From: Okamejei kenojei
Lineage: Eukaryota
Direction: 5' to 3'
NCBI GenBank assembly: GCA_035221665.1
Contig: CM069146.1
Span: 23,064,001-23,128,000 of the forward strand
Length of the DNA: 64,000 nucleotides
In this document: piece by piece, positions 26,214 through 36,300 of the stretch
Position numbering within the stretch: the first letter of the stretch is position 1
Layout of the letters: every line of letters starts with the position of its first letter
Program-made: the position numbers and the translations under genes
Notes under the pieces: model-generated
Seen by the model: the letters and a program-made list of their open reading frames with translations, nothing else
Database searches by the model: none
What the model was told of the DNA's origin: nothing

Positions 26214-27200
26214 TCAGAACCAGCAGATTAACAAATTAATATGATCATGCAATGGATGAACTTGTTCTGTCATTGGTTGTACCAACAAATCCCTGGAGCT
26301 GGGAATCATCATAAATGGTTCAATTATCATTCTAAGCATCAATGGGAACCATGGCTGTGTAGGCCAGTTTGGAACCACCAAAACACCCGTGGCAGAGTCT
26401 TGCTCTATTTTACTGAGACATTGCCTAATCAGGCAAAATGGGGGAAAAGCATAGAAAAACATATTTCCCCAATGTAGCGAGAATGCATCCAACGCTACTG
26501 CTCCTGGGTCAGGCGCCCATGAGATGTATTTAGGCAACTGGTGATTTAATCTGGACGAAAACAGATCAATGTCTGGTACACCATACCGACTGACAATATT
26601 TTGGAAAATTTGTGGATTTAACATCCATTCTGTATTGTCTTTGAACTTCTGTGATCTGTTGTCTGCCACAACATTGTCTTTCCCTGGGAGATAGATAGCT
26701 GAAAGCCAGATATTCATAGATACACACCAATGCCACATCAGGTTGACCAGATGATCACATGATACTGATCTTACTCCTTGATTGTCTACAGCTGTGGTAG
26801 CCATGTAACGGCCTATGGACAACAACTCCTTTGCAGTGTTGAAGGTGTCCATTTTGAAATGTCTATACTAGACATATGAATTCAATTTTGTGAGATCCAG
26901 AATGACTCTACAACCCCCATCGTTCTTTGGCCTGGGGAAAATATTTGAAACAAATTGTTGCGGATGATTCCCCGTACTTTCAATTACCCCTTTTTAAAAT
27001 AAACTTTTTAGTTCTTTTACTTGAAAGATTTCAGGTGCAGAAAACATCAATACCCGATTAGGTTTATCCTGTACAGGTGGATCAACTCCTTCCATAAATT
27101 CTACAATAGCACCTGACACAGTATCTAATATAAATCGATCAGATGTTATACAGTACCATACATCATAAAACAATTGCAATCTACCACCAACCGGAGGTTC
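26214..27200 (-). pseudogene. DIRS pol remnant: RT N-terminus, deleted core, RNase H C-part and adenine-methyltransferase-like domain
   Basis: VGGRLQLF...W; MDTFNTAKELL...YMA joined directly to TTAV, so the RT core is missing; IYLPGKDNVVADNRS (RNase H); IDLFSSRLN...DAFSLHW...YAFPPF...VVPNWPTQPWFP (DIRS MT-like domain). Confidence 0.85.
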
Positions 27201-27299
27201 CCCAATAGTTTCCTCTGTGATAGAATAACGTTTTTGTACCTCAGCAAATGACCGTGACGGTCTCCTCCTTGCAACATATGGATTGACTTTGGGCTGTGA

Positions 27300-28507
27300 T
27301 GGGTAATAATACCTTCTCACCATACCCCTGCCTCTGCTTGTTCCTGCTCCTGAATCAAACCCCCTTCTCATCCAGCCAGATTGTCTCCTTTGGCCAACTA
27401 TGAAAGGTTTCATGAGGCTGATAGTCTTTGCCTCCTCATCGATTTCTTTAATTTGTTTAGGCAGGTTTTCTCCGAATAAATAATCTGGAGCTTGAACATT
27501 GCTTGATTTACACAGACCTGCAAATCTTGGGTGCAGGATGGCCGAATGGTGATTTTTCTCATACAATTAATCTCAAAATAAGAGTTACAAAACAATGCCA
27601 ACATGTCTTTTTGGATTTTGGACATAGCATGCCCTTCCACCTGCCTCCCAAAAGCAGTAATGCCAGCTGCAATGAGCTTGAGGACCCTCTGGAACCGTAT
27701 CTCCTGTCCTCGCAATGTTGAAGTCATGGGTGTCCAAATTGCCGGATTCACCGTCGGCACCCTCAGTGATGCACAATTAACAGGCGTTTTATAGAGGTCT
27801 GCTGTCTCAATCATGACAGTCTCTTGAAGCTGGTGAGAAAACAAATAATTAATGTTGGCCGGCAGGTTTTCTTCCATGACCTCACCGCTCCCCTCTGGTA
27901 TAGCAAAGGATTGTGCTACATCTGGTACACCTGTGGTTTGACTCTTGTGCTGTGGTGGGTATTCATGACCAGAAACACCACCTTCAGGGTCAGTCTCCTG
28001 CCGCCCTGGTACTCCTGAGACTTGCTCAAAGGAGACTTCTTCCAGACCTAAACAAGGCTCTGGAGGTTCACATTCCCATGTTGTAAAGGCACCATGTTCA
28101 TGATATGGAACCCCCTCAGGGGCTGCCTGGGAATACTCTGGGTCTTTGGACCCTTGGTTGATAATTGTTTGGAGCATTTTCTCCATTTGGTCCATCCTGA
28201 GCCACATGGCTCGTCTGTCTGGCCCTGCCTCTTCTTCATCAGACTCATCTGATATTACAGGCCTAGCAGACTTCCTTTTATTTTTCCTCTCCACTGGAGT
28301 AACCTCAGTGGCCTGCGGCTGTGGAGCGTCTAAAGGCTGAACTACGGCTGGGTCAACAGCTGCCGGTATCGGAACCGGCTCCGTACTAATCTGTGGTCCG
28401 ATCTTAATTGTGCTTCCACCCGGGACGTGCGCTTTCCCCGCGCCGATTTTTTCCCAGTATCCATTTTTACTTCCCAAACTCCTCCTGGCTATTCCAGCCA
28501 GCATCAT
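27300..28507 (-). pseudogene. DIRS ORF1 (gag-like), frameshifted
   Basis: ORFs 27410-28507 and 26994-27566 overlap with a frameshift. Motifs YKTPVNC..LRVPTVNPAIW and YLFGENL...IKEI resemble DIRS ORF1 proteins. The 3' end is approximate. Confidence 0.75.
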
Positions 28508-28864
28508 GGAGTTTACACCCAGGAAGTAGTTTCAAACCCACTTACCTGCGGGCCTGTTACTCACCGCTGGTGGAGCTGCGATCTGCAGCCCGTTCCTTAC
28601 CGACATGCGTCGACGTAATGCCGAGCATGCGCCTGGAGGGGCTTCTTCACGTAGTCACTCACGTGACTCCGAAGTAAAATAGGACTAGCTTAGATGGGCA
28701 TTTTAGTTGGTTGCGGGAGACTGGTTACTGGGAAATGGGATCACAGGTTACTGGGAAATGGGATCAATTGGATTGTTCCGAGATTTGGCACAGGCATGAT
28801 AGCGCTGTCGGGCTCCCTGTGTGCTGCGAGAAATATGAAGTGGAAGATATCTCCGAAGCACGGA

Positions 28865-29100
28865 CAACACAGTGGCGCAGCGGTAGAGTTGCTGCCTTAC
28901 TGCGCCAGCGACCTGGGTTCGATCCTGACGCCGAGTGCTGTCTGTACAGAGTTTCTACGTTCTCGCTGTGACCGTGCAGGTTTTCTCCCGAGTGCTCCGG
29001 TTTCCTCCCACACTCCAAAGATGTACTGGTTTGTAGGTTAATTGCCTTTGGTTAAATTGTCCCTAAGGTGCAGGGTAGTGCTAGTGTACTGGGTGATTGT
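28865..29100 (+). mobile_element. tRNA-derived SINE with V-like central domain (HE1-like), representative copy
   Basis: A box (agtggcgcagcggtag), B box (gggttcgatcc) and core ctccggtttcctcccacactccaaag. Other copies lie near 3770(+), 11701(-), 17350(-), 20615(-), 22670(-), 23555(-), 32475(-), 42295(+), 49420(-), 49755(-), 52180(+), 52765(-), 59330(-) and 63270(-). Confidence 0.85.
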
Positions 29101-29824
29101 TCCAAAGGTGTAGGGTAGTGCTGGTGTACTACCCTACACCGGGTGATTCACCAGGTCCTCAGGTAGCACCATCACCCCTTGTGTCATTCCGTTTCTTCTG
29201 CAACCAGCGTCCCTTTTATCCTCTCAACCCTTTTCACATTTAAACCATTTAACTGAAGGAACACTCTCAAAGTGATACTCATTACATGAATTTAATTCAA
29301 AGCAAGGGAGAGGGTAATTTAAAGGCTTGGTTTATAATGTTAAAAATGATTGAGGTTCAAGTGAGGACTTTACTAAGAATGAGATCTGTGACTGTAAAGG
29401 GTTAACGGCGTGAGGCAGAAATAATTCAAGCTTGCATTCCTTCCACTCAAGGTATGCTAAACCAACCCCTTTCCATGTGTCAGGTTTTCCAAATTATACA
29501 AAGCATGTTATGTCAGAGGGACGTGTTATCTGGAGGTTTTATGTCTCCTTTCAATTACACGTTATATGTAAACTCAGGAATGAGATATGCCACAGGGAGT
29601 TTATGACGTGATTTCAGACCAATCACTAAGCCAGCAAGGTAACTGTGGCTCAAAAGGATACTAAGTGCTGGAGTAACTCAGCGGGTCGGGCAACATCACT
29701 GGAGAATATGAATAGGTGACGTTTTGGTTTGGGCCTTATTCAGACGATAAATGTGTAGAAGGGTCCCGACCTGAAACGACACCTATCCATGTTCTCTGGG
29801 GATGCTGCCTGACCCGCAGAGTGA

Positions 29825-30027
29825 AGGGCATCATTGACTGACGTATAAAGGTCACCAAAACAATCGCGGCATGACACGGCGGTGACGCGGTGTGATGACG
29901 TATGACTCGTGGTGATTTTTCAAGTGGCGCAACATTTTATTTGTCGCCGCTGGATGTTGAAATATTCAAAATCTTTTGGCGACACTGATATGACGCCGAA
30001 ATAAAATCGCCAAGTGGGACAGGCCCT
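29825..30027. mobile_element. Harbinger-type MITE nested in a Penelope-derived palindrome
   Basis: Right TIR agtgggacaggccct followed by TTA; left end agggc (partly deleted). The flanks rejoin to gagTTActccagcac. Confidence 0.72.
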
Positions 30028-31781
30028 TTACTCCAGCACTTTGAATCCTTTTGTATAAACCAGCATCAGGAGTTCCTTGTTTCCATAGTTAGCTTCTTCC
30101 TCCATTTCTGGCCACTGATTTTAATGCCTATGCCAATGTCTGCCCTGCTTTTAACTTTCAAAGACCTAAGGGATTCTCAGCCTAAACCATTCTATCCTTT
30201 TCCTCATAATTCGCTGCTACCTGTGTTTAGGCTGTCCATTTTGCAGCCAGCTATATTATCACTGACATGGTTACAAATAGCGTGCACTTTTGGTGGTGGT
30301 CCCGATGGAAGCACCATGAGAATTCTCAGTTTAGGTGCACTATTGTCACGTGCACCGGGGTACAGTGACAAGCTTAGTTTTGCATGCTCTCCTATCAGAT
30401 TCGATAATACTATGCATCTATAAAATCAAGTCAAACTCAAGTACAATCGTTTAGAGATACAGAGCAAAAACAGGCTCTTTGGCCGAACGAGTCCGTACCG
30501 ACCAGCGATCACCCGTACACTAGTTCTATCCCACACACTACGGACATGTCACAGACACCAATTAACCTACAAACCTGCACTTCTTTGGAATGAACTGATT
30601 GTCTGAAGAAAGGTTCCGACTTGAAGCGTCACCTATTTATGTTCTCCAGAGATGCTCCCTGACCCGCTGAGTGACTCCAACACTTTGTGTCCTTTTGAGC
30701 CCAGTGACCTTGCAGGTTTGAAATCACGTTATAAACACCCTGCAGCATATTTCATACCTAAGTTTACATATAACATGCACTGTTGTATGTAGGTAGACCA
30801 ACTGGGAAGATACAGAGTACAGTATATGGTTCTCAGCTTTGTAGCGCACCAGCTCTATAGACTGCAATGGGGGTAGAGGTGAATTGGACAGTACCCTAGC
30901 TTATGGACCGTTCAGAAACCTGATAATATAGGGGGAAAAGCTGGTCCTGAGTCTAATGGTGCATGCCTTCAAGATTCTGTATCTTCAGGATCTGTGTCAA
31001 TAGAAGTGGGAAAAGAAGGACTGACAAGGGTGGGACAAGTCTTTGATTTAATTGGCCACTTTTACGAGGCAGCCTATAATGCCGTATATCGTATGAAACT
31101 AAACTAGTTCCACAAATATAACGAGGAAAATAAAACTAGACAGCTACTTTAGTTGTGCACCAGGCTCAGCTAGAACTGGTATTCCTAAATATTTTAAAAC
31201 CACTCTTGACTATTCCTCAAACTCAATGAGTTTAAAAACCAAAGAATATTAATTGCCAAGATCACTGTAAAGCTCCTTAACTTCCAGGAATCATTCCTCC
31301 CACCCACTTGTTAAATCCCAGCAAGGCCACATCTTGTTTCTCAATTAAGATACCTCTGTCTCTTCTCCAGTCCGAGGGCTCTCCCATCCGCTTGGCTATT
31401 GTGGGTGTGTGGTGGGGGGGGTTGGGGGAAACGGTGCCCCATCGAACGCAAAGAACTCTTCTGTTCTCCAGATGTGCAAAAATTAAACTTGCAATTCTGA
31501 CATTCAGTTGCTATGGGGAGCCAGCAAGAACTGAAGATACAAGAAGAAACACTAAGTGCGGAAGTAACTGAAGACAGGTAAAATCTCTGATGAACATGTT
31601 AGGTGACCTTTTTGGTCGGGCTCCTTCCTCAGACTGACATTTCAGGTTGGGACCCTTCTTCAGATTGGAGAAAGGTCCCAGTCCGAAACATCAGTCTGAA
31701 AAGGTTCCCGACCCGAGACATCACCTGTCTGTATTTTCCTGAGATGCTGCCTAACCTGCACCAGTTACTCCAGCACCATTA

Positions 31782-31880
31782 AGCCCCTGTCCCACTGTAC
31801 GAGGTAATTCACACGTTCTCCCAAGTTTTCCCCTGATTCAAACTCGGAGAATGTCCGCAGCGGGTCTGTAGGAGTTTGTG
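31782..31880. mobile_element. Truncated MITE, left end only
   Basis: agcccctgtcccactgtacgagg matches the TIR of the 11962 element and follows TTA. Confidence 0.55.
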
Positions 31881-33272
31881 CATACTTTTCAAAATCCATC
31901 CTTTAACTGTGAAGCGATCAAGACCTTTCCTAAGATAGTCTTGATACTTTGTTTTTCCCATCTCTTTGACTAAGCAATGGGTTGATTTAACTCTGGGGAG
32001 AACATTTCTGCTTCTGGCAACAAAGGTCTACAGGATTGTCAATCCTCAAGGAATGTCCTGGAAAAGTTCAGGAATTACTGAATACTATTGCCAGGCTCCC
32101 AGGAGAAAGATTATAGGGGCATTAAAACAATCTATGTGTTTTTTCAGCTGCTTTGAGCACATATTTATTTGTTATAATTTTTATCAGTGAAAGGGGAAAA
32201 ATGACAGTGCTGTGAAGTTAGGGTTAGAAGTGAAGGTTAGAGGTGGTGGTAAGCTTTGTTTATTTGCTCTTGGTAATTATTATTATGATAGCCTCTGTGA
32301 ACATTGTTGCCCATTGCAAATCGGTTTGTGTGCCCTTGGGGCCTGAGACGATCCTCCTGCAGTGACTCCGGTCCTGTCCTTCAAGAAGCTCTTGATAGCA
32401 TACTCTTGGGACAATGTAGCCTGCTGTCTCCTTCTGTGTCTGAGTGTGAAAGTATATCTCGATGGTTCTTTACTTTAGATTTTAGAGATACAGCGAGGAA
32501 ACAGGACAATTGGCCTACAGAGTCCGCACCGACCAGCGATCACCACGTACACCAGCACTATCCTACACACCAGGGACAATTTACAATTTTTACCAAATCT
32601 AATTAACCGACAAATATGTACGCATTTGGAGAATCCGGAAAAAAACCACGGGGTCTTGGGGCAAATGCTCAAGGTCTGTATGGACAAGAAGAACATATAA
32701 ACTCCATACAGACAACACCCATAGTCAGGATTGAACCTGGGTCTCTGGCACTGTAAGGCAGCAACTCTACCGTTGCGCAGCTGAGCTACACATATGTTCA
32801 ATGGTACTTTTTTGTCACATGTACCTAGGTAAAGAGAAATTCCTTTTTTTTTCATACAGTTCAGTAAAAATCTTACAACACCCAATCACAATCATACTTA
32901 AGTACAAGAGTGTAAGAATAGTAGATTACACTGTGGCAGTACACAAGACTCGCCACCTTTCAGTTATCATTCCTGTGAAGTTCTTTGGTACTGCTTACTA
33001 TATTAAAGAAGCTTTATAAATACTCTGTGGTCTGGGAACCATTTCCGAAGTTACCGTAAGGAGTGATTTTTGTGTACCAAAGTATTCGTCAACACCACAA
33101 ATCAGCCACGATCAGATCAGGTGCAAGAGGCTAGCGGGGGCTGTTTCTCTGTTCCCAATATCCATACTGCAGTTTGTGCTAAGGAAGTGTGTTTGCTAAG
33201 ATATTGGTTTGCCCTGTGGTTGGGAAGCCTCCATTAATGCCACTCTGTTCTCTACTTTTTCCAACACAGACA

Positions 33273-33348
33273 ATGGAAACATCTCTCTTGTTGCTTGGAA
33301 CCATCCAGGCTTTGTTCCTCACCAGCTCACTGGGACAAGCACAGAAAG
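33273..33348 (+). CDS. COL7A1: First coding exon: signal peptide [25 protein letters not shown]
   Basis: ACAATGG Kozak-like context, hydrophobic leader, donor AAAG/gtaacg. Its phase-1 end joins in frame with the next exon (G+CA = Ala). A pyrimidine tract and cag at 33267-33269 precede it. Confidence 0.8.
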
Positions 33349-36300
33349 GTAACGTGGGTTGCCACATCATTGGTAAAAGATTTGTGACGAGGATAAAGCC
33401 AGACTCGGTGGAGCAGTTTGACTATTGACATGGCTGGTAGATGGAGGGTTGTATTGTCAGTGGGAACAGATACTGAAGCTGAAAGCTTAGCCCAGGCTAA
33501 TCGAACATAGAACATGGAACAGTACAGCACACGAAGAGGCTCTTCAGCCCACAATGTTTGTGCTGAACATGATACCAAGTTAAACTGATCTCATCTGCCT
33601 ATTAATGATCCATATCACTCTATTCCTTGCATTTCCATGTGTCTATCTAAAAGCCTCCTAAATGCCACTGTTGTATCTGCCTCCACCACCACCTCTGTCA
33701 ATGCGTTTCAGGCTCCCACCACTCTCTGTGTAAAAAGACTTGCCCCACACATCTCCCTTAAACTTTGCCCCTCTCACCTTATAGCTATGTCCACTACTGC
33801 TGGATATTTCCACCCTGGGAAAAAAGGTTCTGACTGAATAACCCAATCTATGCCTCTCATAATTTTATATACTTCGATCAAGTCTCCCCTCAACCTCCAA
33901 TGATCCGACAAACAATCCACATTTACCTAACGTCTCCTTGCAGCTGAAATCCTCAAATTCAGGCAGCATTCTGGTAAATCTATACCCATGATGGGGCAAG
34001 TCTCCTGTAAAACTGCATCCAGTGTGCATGTCACAAAACATTCTGGATCTGTACATGTAATGCACAAGCACACACTTAGGCACAGACACAAACAGACGCA
34101 GTCACAGGTCTGTGGGAATGTGGGACAGTTGTAGGTGTTATCTGGAACGGAGAATCATAGCATTGTAACAGGCCCTTCATTGGTACATAGCCCTTGTCCA
34201 TGCCAACTTGGCCATTCTGGGCTAGTCCCATGTGCCTGCATTTGGCCCACTTCCCTCAAAACCCTTCCTATCCCTATATCAGTCCAAATGTCTTTTGAAA
34301 ATTGTAATTGTATCCACTTCTATAGCATCTGTTCTGTAGTCATGCCTTCTATTTTCTGTTGTGCTGAAGCAAAGCAAGAATTTCATTGTCCTATCAGGGA
34401 CACATGACAATAAACTCTCTTGAATCTTGAATCTTGAATTTCCCTCTGGTATTAAGACGTACAGCATGGAAACTGGGCCATTTGACCCACCACATCCATG
34501 CTGACCATTGGGCACTTAATCACATTAAAGGATTTAAAAATCTCAGTTAAGGCTCCAGCAACCTGTTCCTTTGCTTTCCACAGTAGTCAAGGATTAATCT
34601 TATCTGGCCCTGGGGAATTCATCCATCCTTAAGCATGCTGAGGCATCAACTACCTCCTTTTACTTTATTGAGACGTACCTTAGAAGTTACTCTTCCCCTT
34701 TACTAACAAACAACAAAGTCCATTTCCTCAGTGAGTGCTTTGGACCACTCTACCTTTTGGCTCCATATACACCTAAAAAAATCCGCCCCTTCTGAGCCTT
34801 TTATGCTAGCAATCCCAGTTAATCTTCAGGAAATTAAAATCTCTGTAATATAACCCTATTTTTATTGCATTTTTAATGTATCTGCCTACATATCAGTTCT
34901 ATCTCTAGTTTAAACTTTCCCCAACAGCACCAGCAAATCATCCGGAATGATATTGATCCAATTTTGGTTAAGAAGTAACATGTTCTGCTTGTACAGATTC
35001 CGTCTACTACTGAAAAGGTTCCAGAGATCCAGGAACCTAAATCCCATCTCCTTGCACCATACCTGAGTCACACATTCTTCTATTTCTATACCCACTAGCT
35101 CATGGCACTGGTAACAATCCAACAACCTTTGCATACCGCTCTTCATACAGCTCCCAAAACTATTCTTGCAGTACCTCATGCCTTCTCTTAGCTATGTTAT
35201 TGGCACCAATACACCCCACAACTGTTGGTTCTTCACTCTTCCCCTTCAGAATAACCTGTAGCCACTCTGAAACATCACTGACCCAAATGGCAGAAAGGTA
35301 ACTTACTAAACAGGCATCTTTATGGTGGCCATCGTGGTTCAAGAAGAAGTTCGAAGGGATTTACAGGAGTCGCTGCCTCAAAAAGATATCCAGCATCATC
35401 AGAGTGTGTCTTGCCACCCTTGCCACATCCTCATTTCCCCCCTGCTGTTGTGAAGAGGGTAGAGGAGCCTAAAAACTGTGACGTCCAGGGCCAGGAGCAG
35501 ATTCTTCCCTCCAACCATCAAGCTATTAAACACTACAACCTCCAAATACACTGCATACTACATAGTAACATAGAAAATAGGTGCAGGAGGAGGCCATTTG
35601 GCCCTTCGATCCAGCACCGTCATTCATTGTGATCATGGCTGATCATCCACAATCAGTAACCCGTGCCTGCCTTCTACCCATATTCCTTGATTCCACTAGC
35701 CCCAAGAGCTCTATCTAACTCACTTTTAAATTCATCCAGTGAATTGGCCTCCACTGCCTTCCATGGCAGAGAATTCCGCAAATTCACAACTCTCTGGGTG
35801 AAAAGGTTTTTTCTCATCGCAGTTTTAAATGGCCTCCCCTTTATTCTTAGACTGTGGTCCCTGTTTCTGGACTCCTCCAACACTGGGAACATTTTTCCTG
35901 CATTTAGCTTGTCCAGACCTTTTATAATTTTATTTGTTCTTAGATCCCCACTCATCCTTCTAAATTCAAGTGAATACAATATCTTGGGAGCATTGTTTTT
36001 GTTTTTGCACTAATATTGTCTGATAATATATATATATATATAGTTTGTATATCATGATGTTTTACAGAGTACTATGTTTACATATTTGTTGTGTTTCATT
36101 GTAAGAATTTCAAGTAAGAATTTCATTGTTCCGTTTTGGGACATATGACAATAAAACACTCTTGACTCTTAAAACGAACTGAAGTAAAAACCTGTCTGCA
36201 CTAGGGAAAACAAACACCAATCCAGTCTCTCGCTTTAATGCATGTCTCCTTGCATTTCAGCAATTTGCAAAAACGTCCACGCAGCTGATATTGTCTACCT

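Larger units (their letters stand above)
24706..28680 (-). mobile_element. DIRS1-type tyrosine-recombinase retrotransposon, both termini present, internally deleted
   Basis: Minus-strand gag-like, RT/RNaseH/methyltransferase-like and tyrosine recombinase ORF remnants in DIRS order. An internal region (24918-25030) is complementary to both termini. AAAAT occurs at both ends, and the flanks rejoin into a CR1 3' tail. Confidence 0.93.

Noticed and set aside
25245-26852. Integrase plus methyltransferase as a prophage or bacterial contaminant
   Set aside because: Domain order, ICR and termini are those of a DIRS1 retrotransposon embedded in vertebrate repeats.
28865-28935. tRNA gene
   Set aside because: The A/B boxes belong to the tRNA-derived head of a SINE that continues into the V-like core; many such copies are present.
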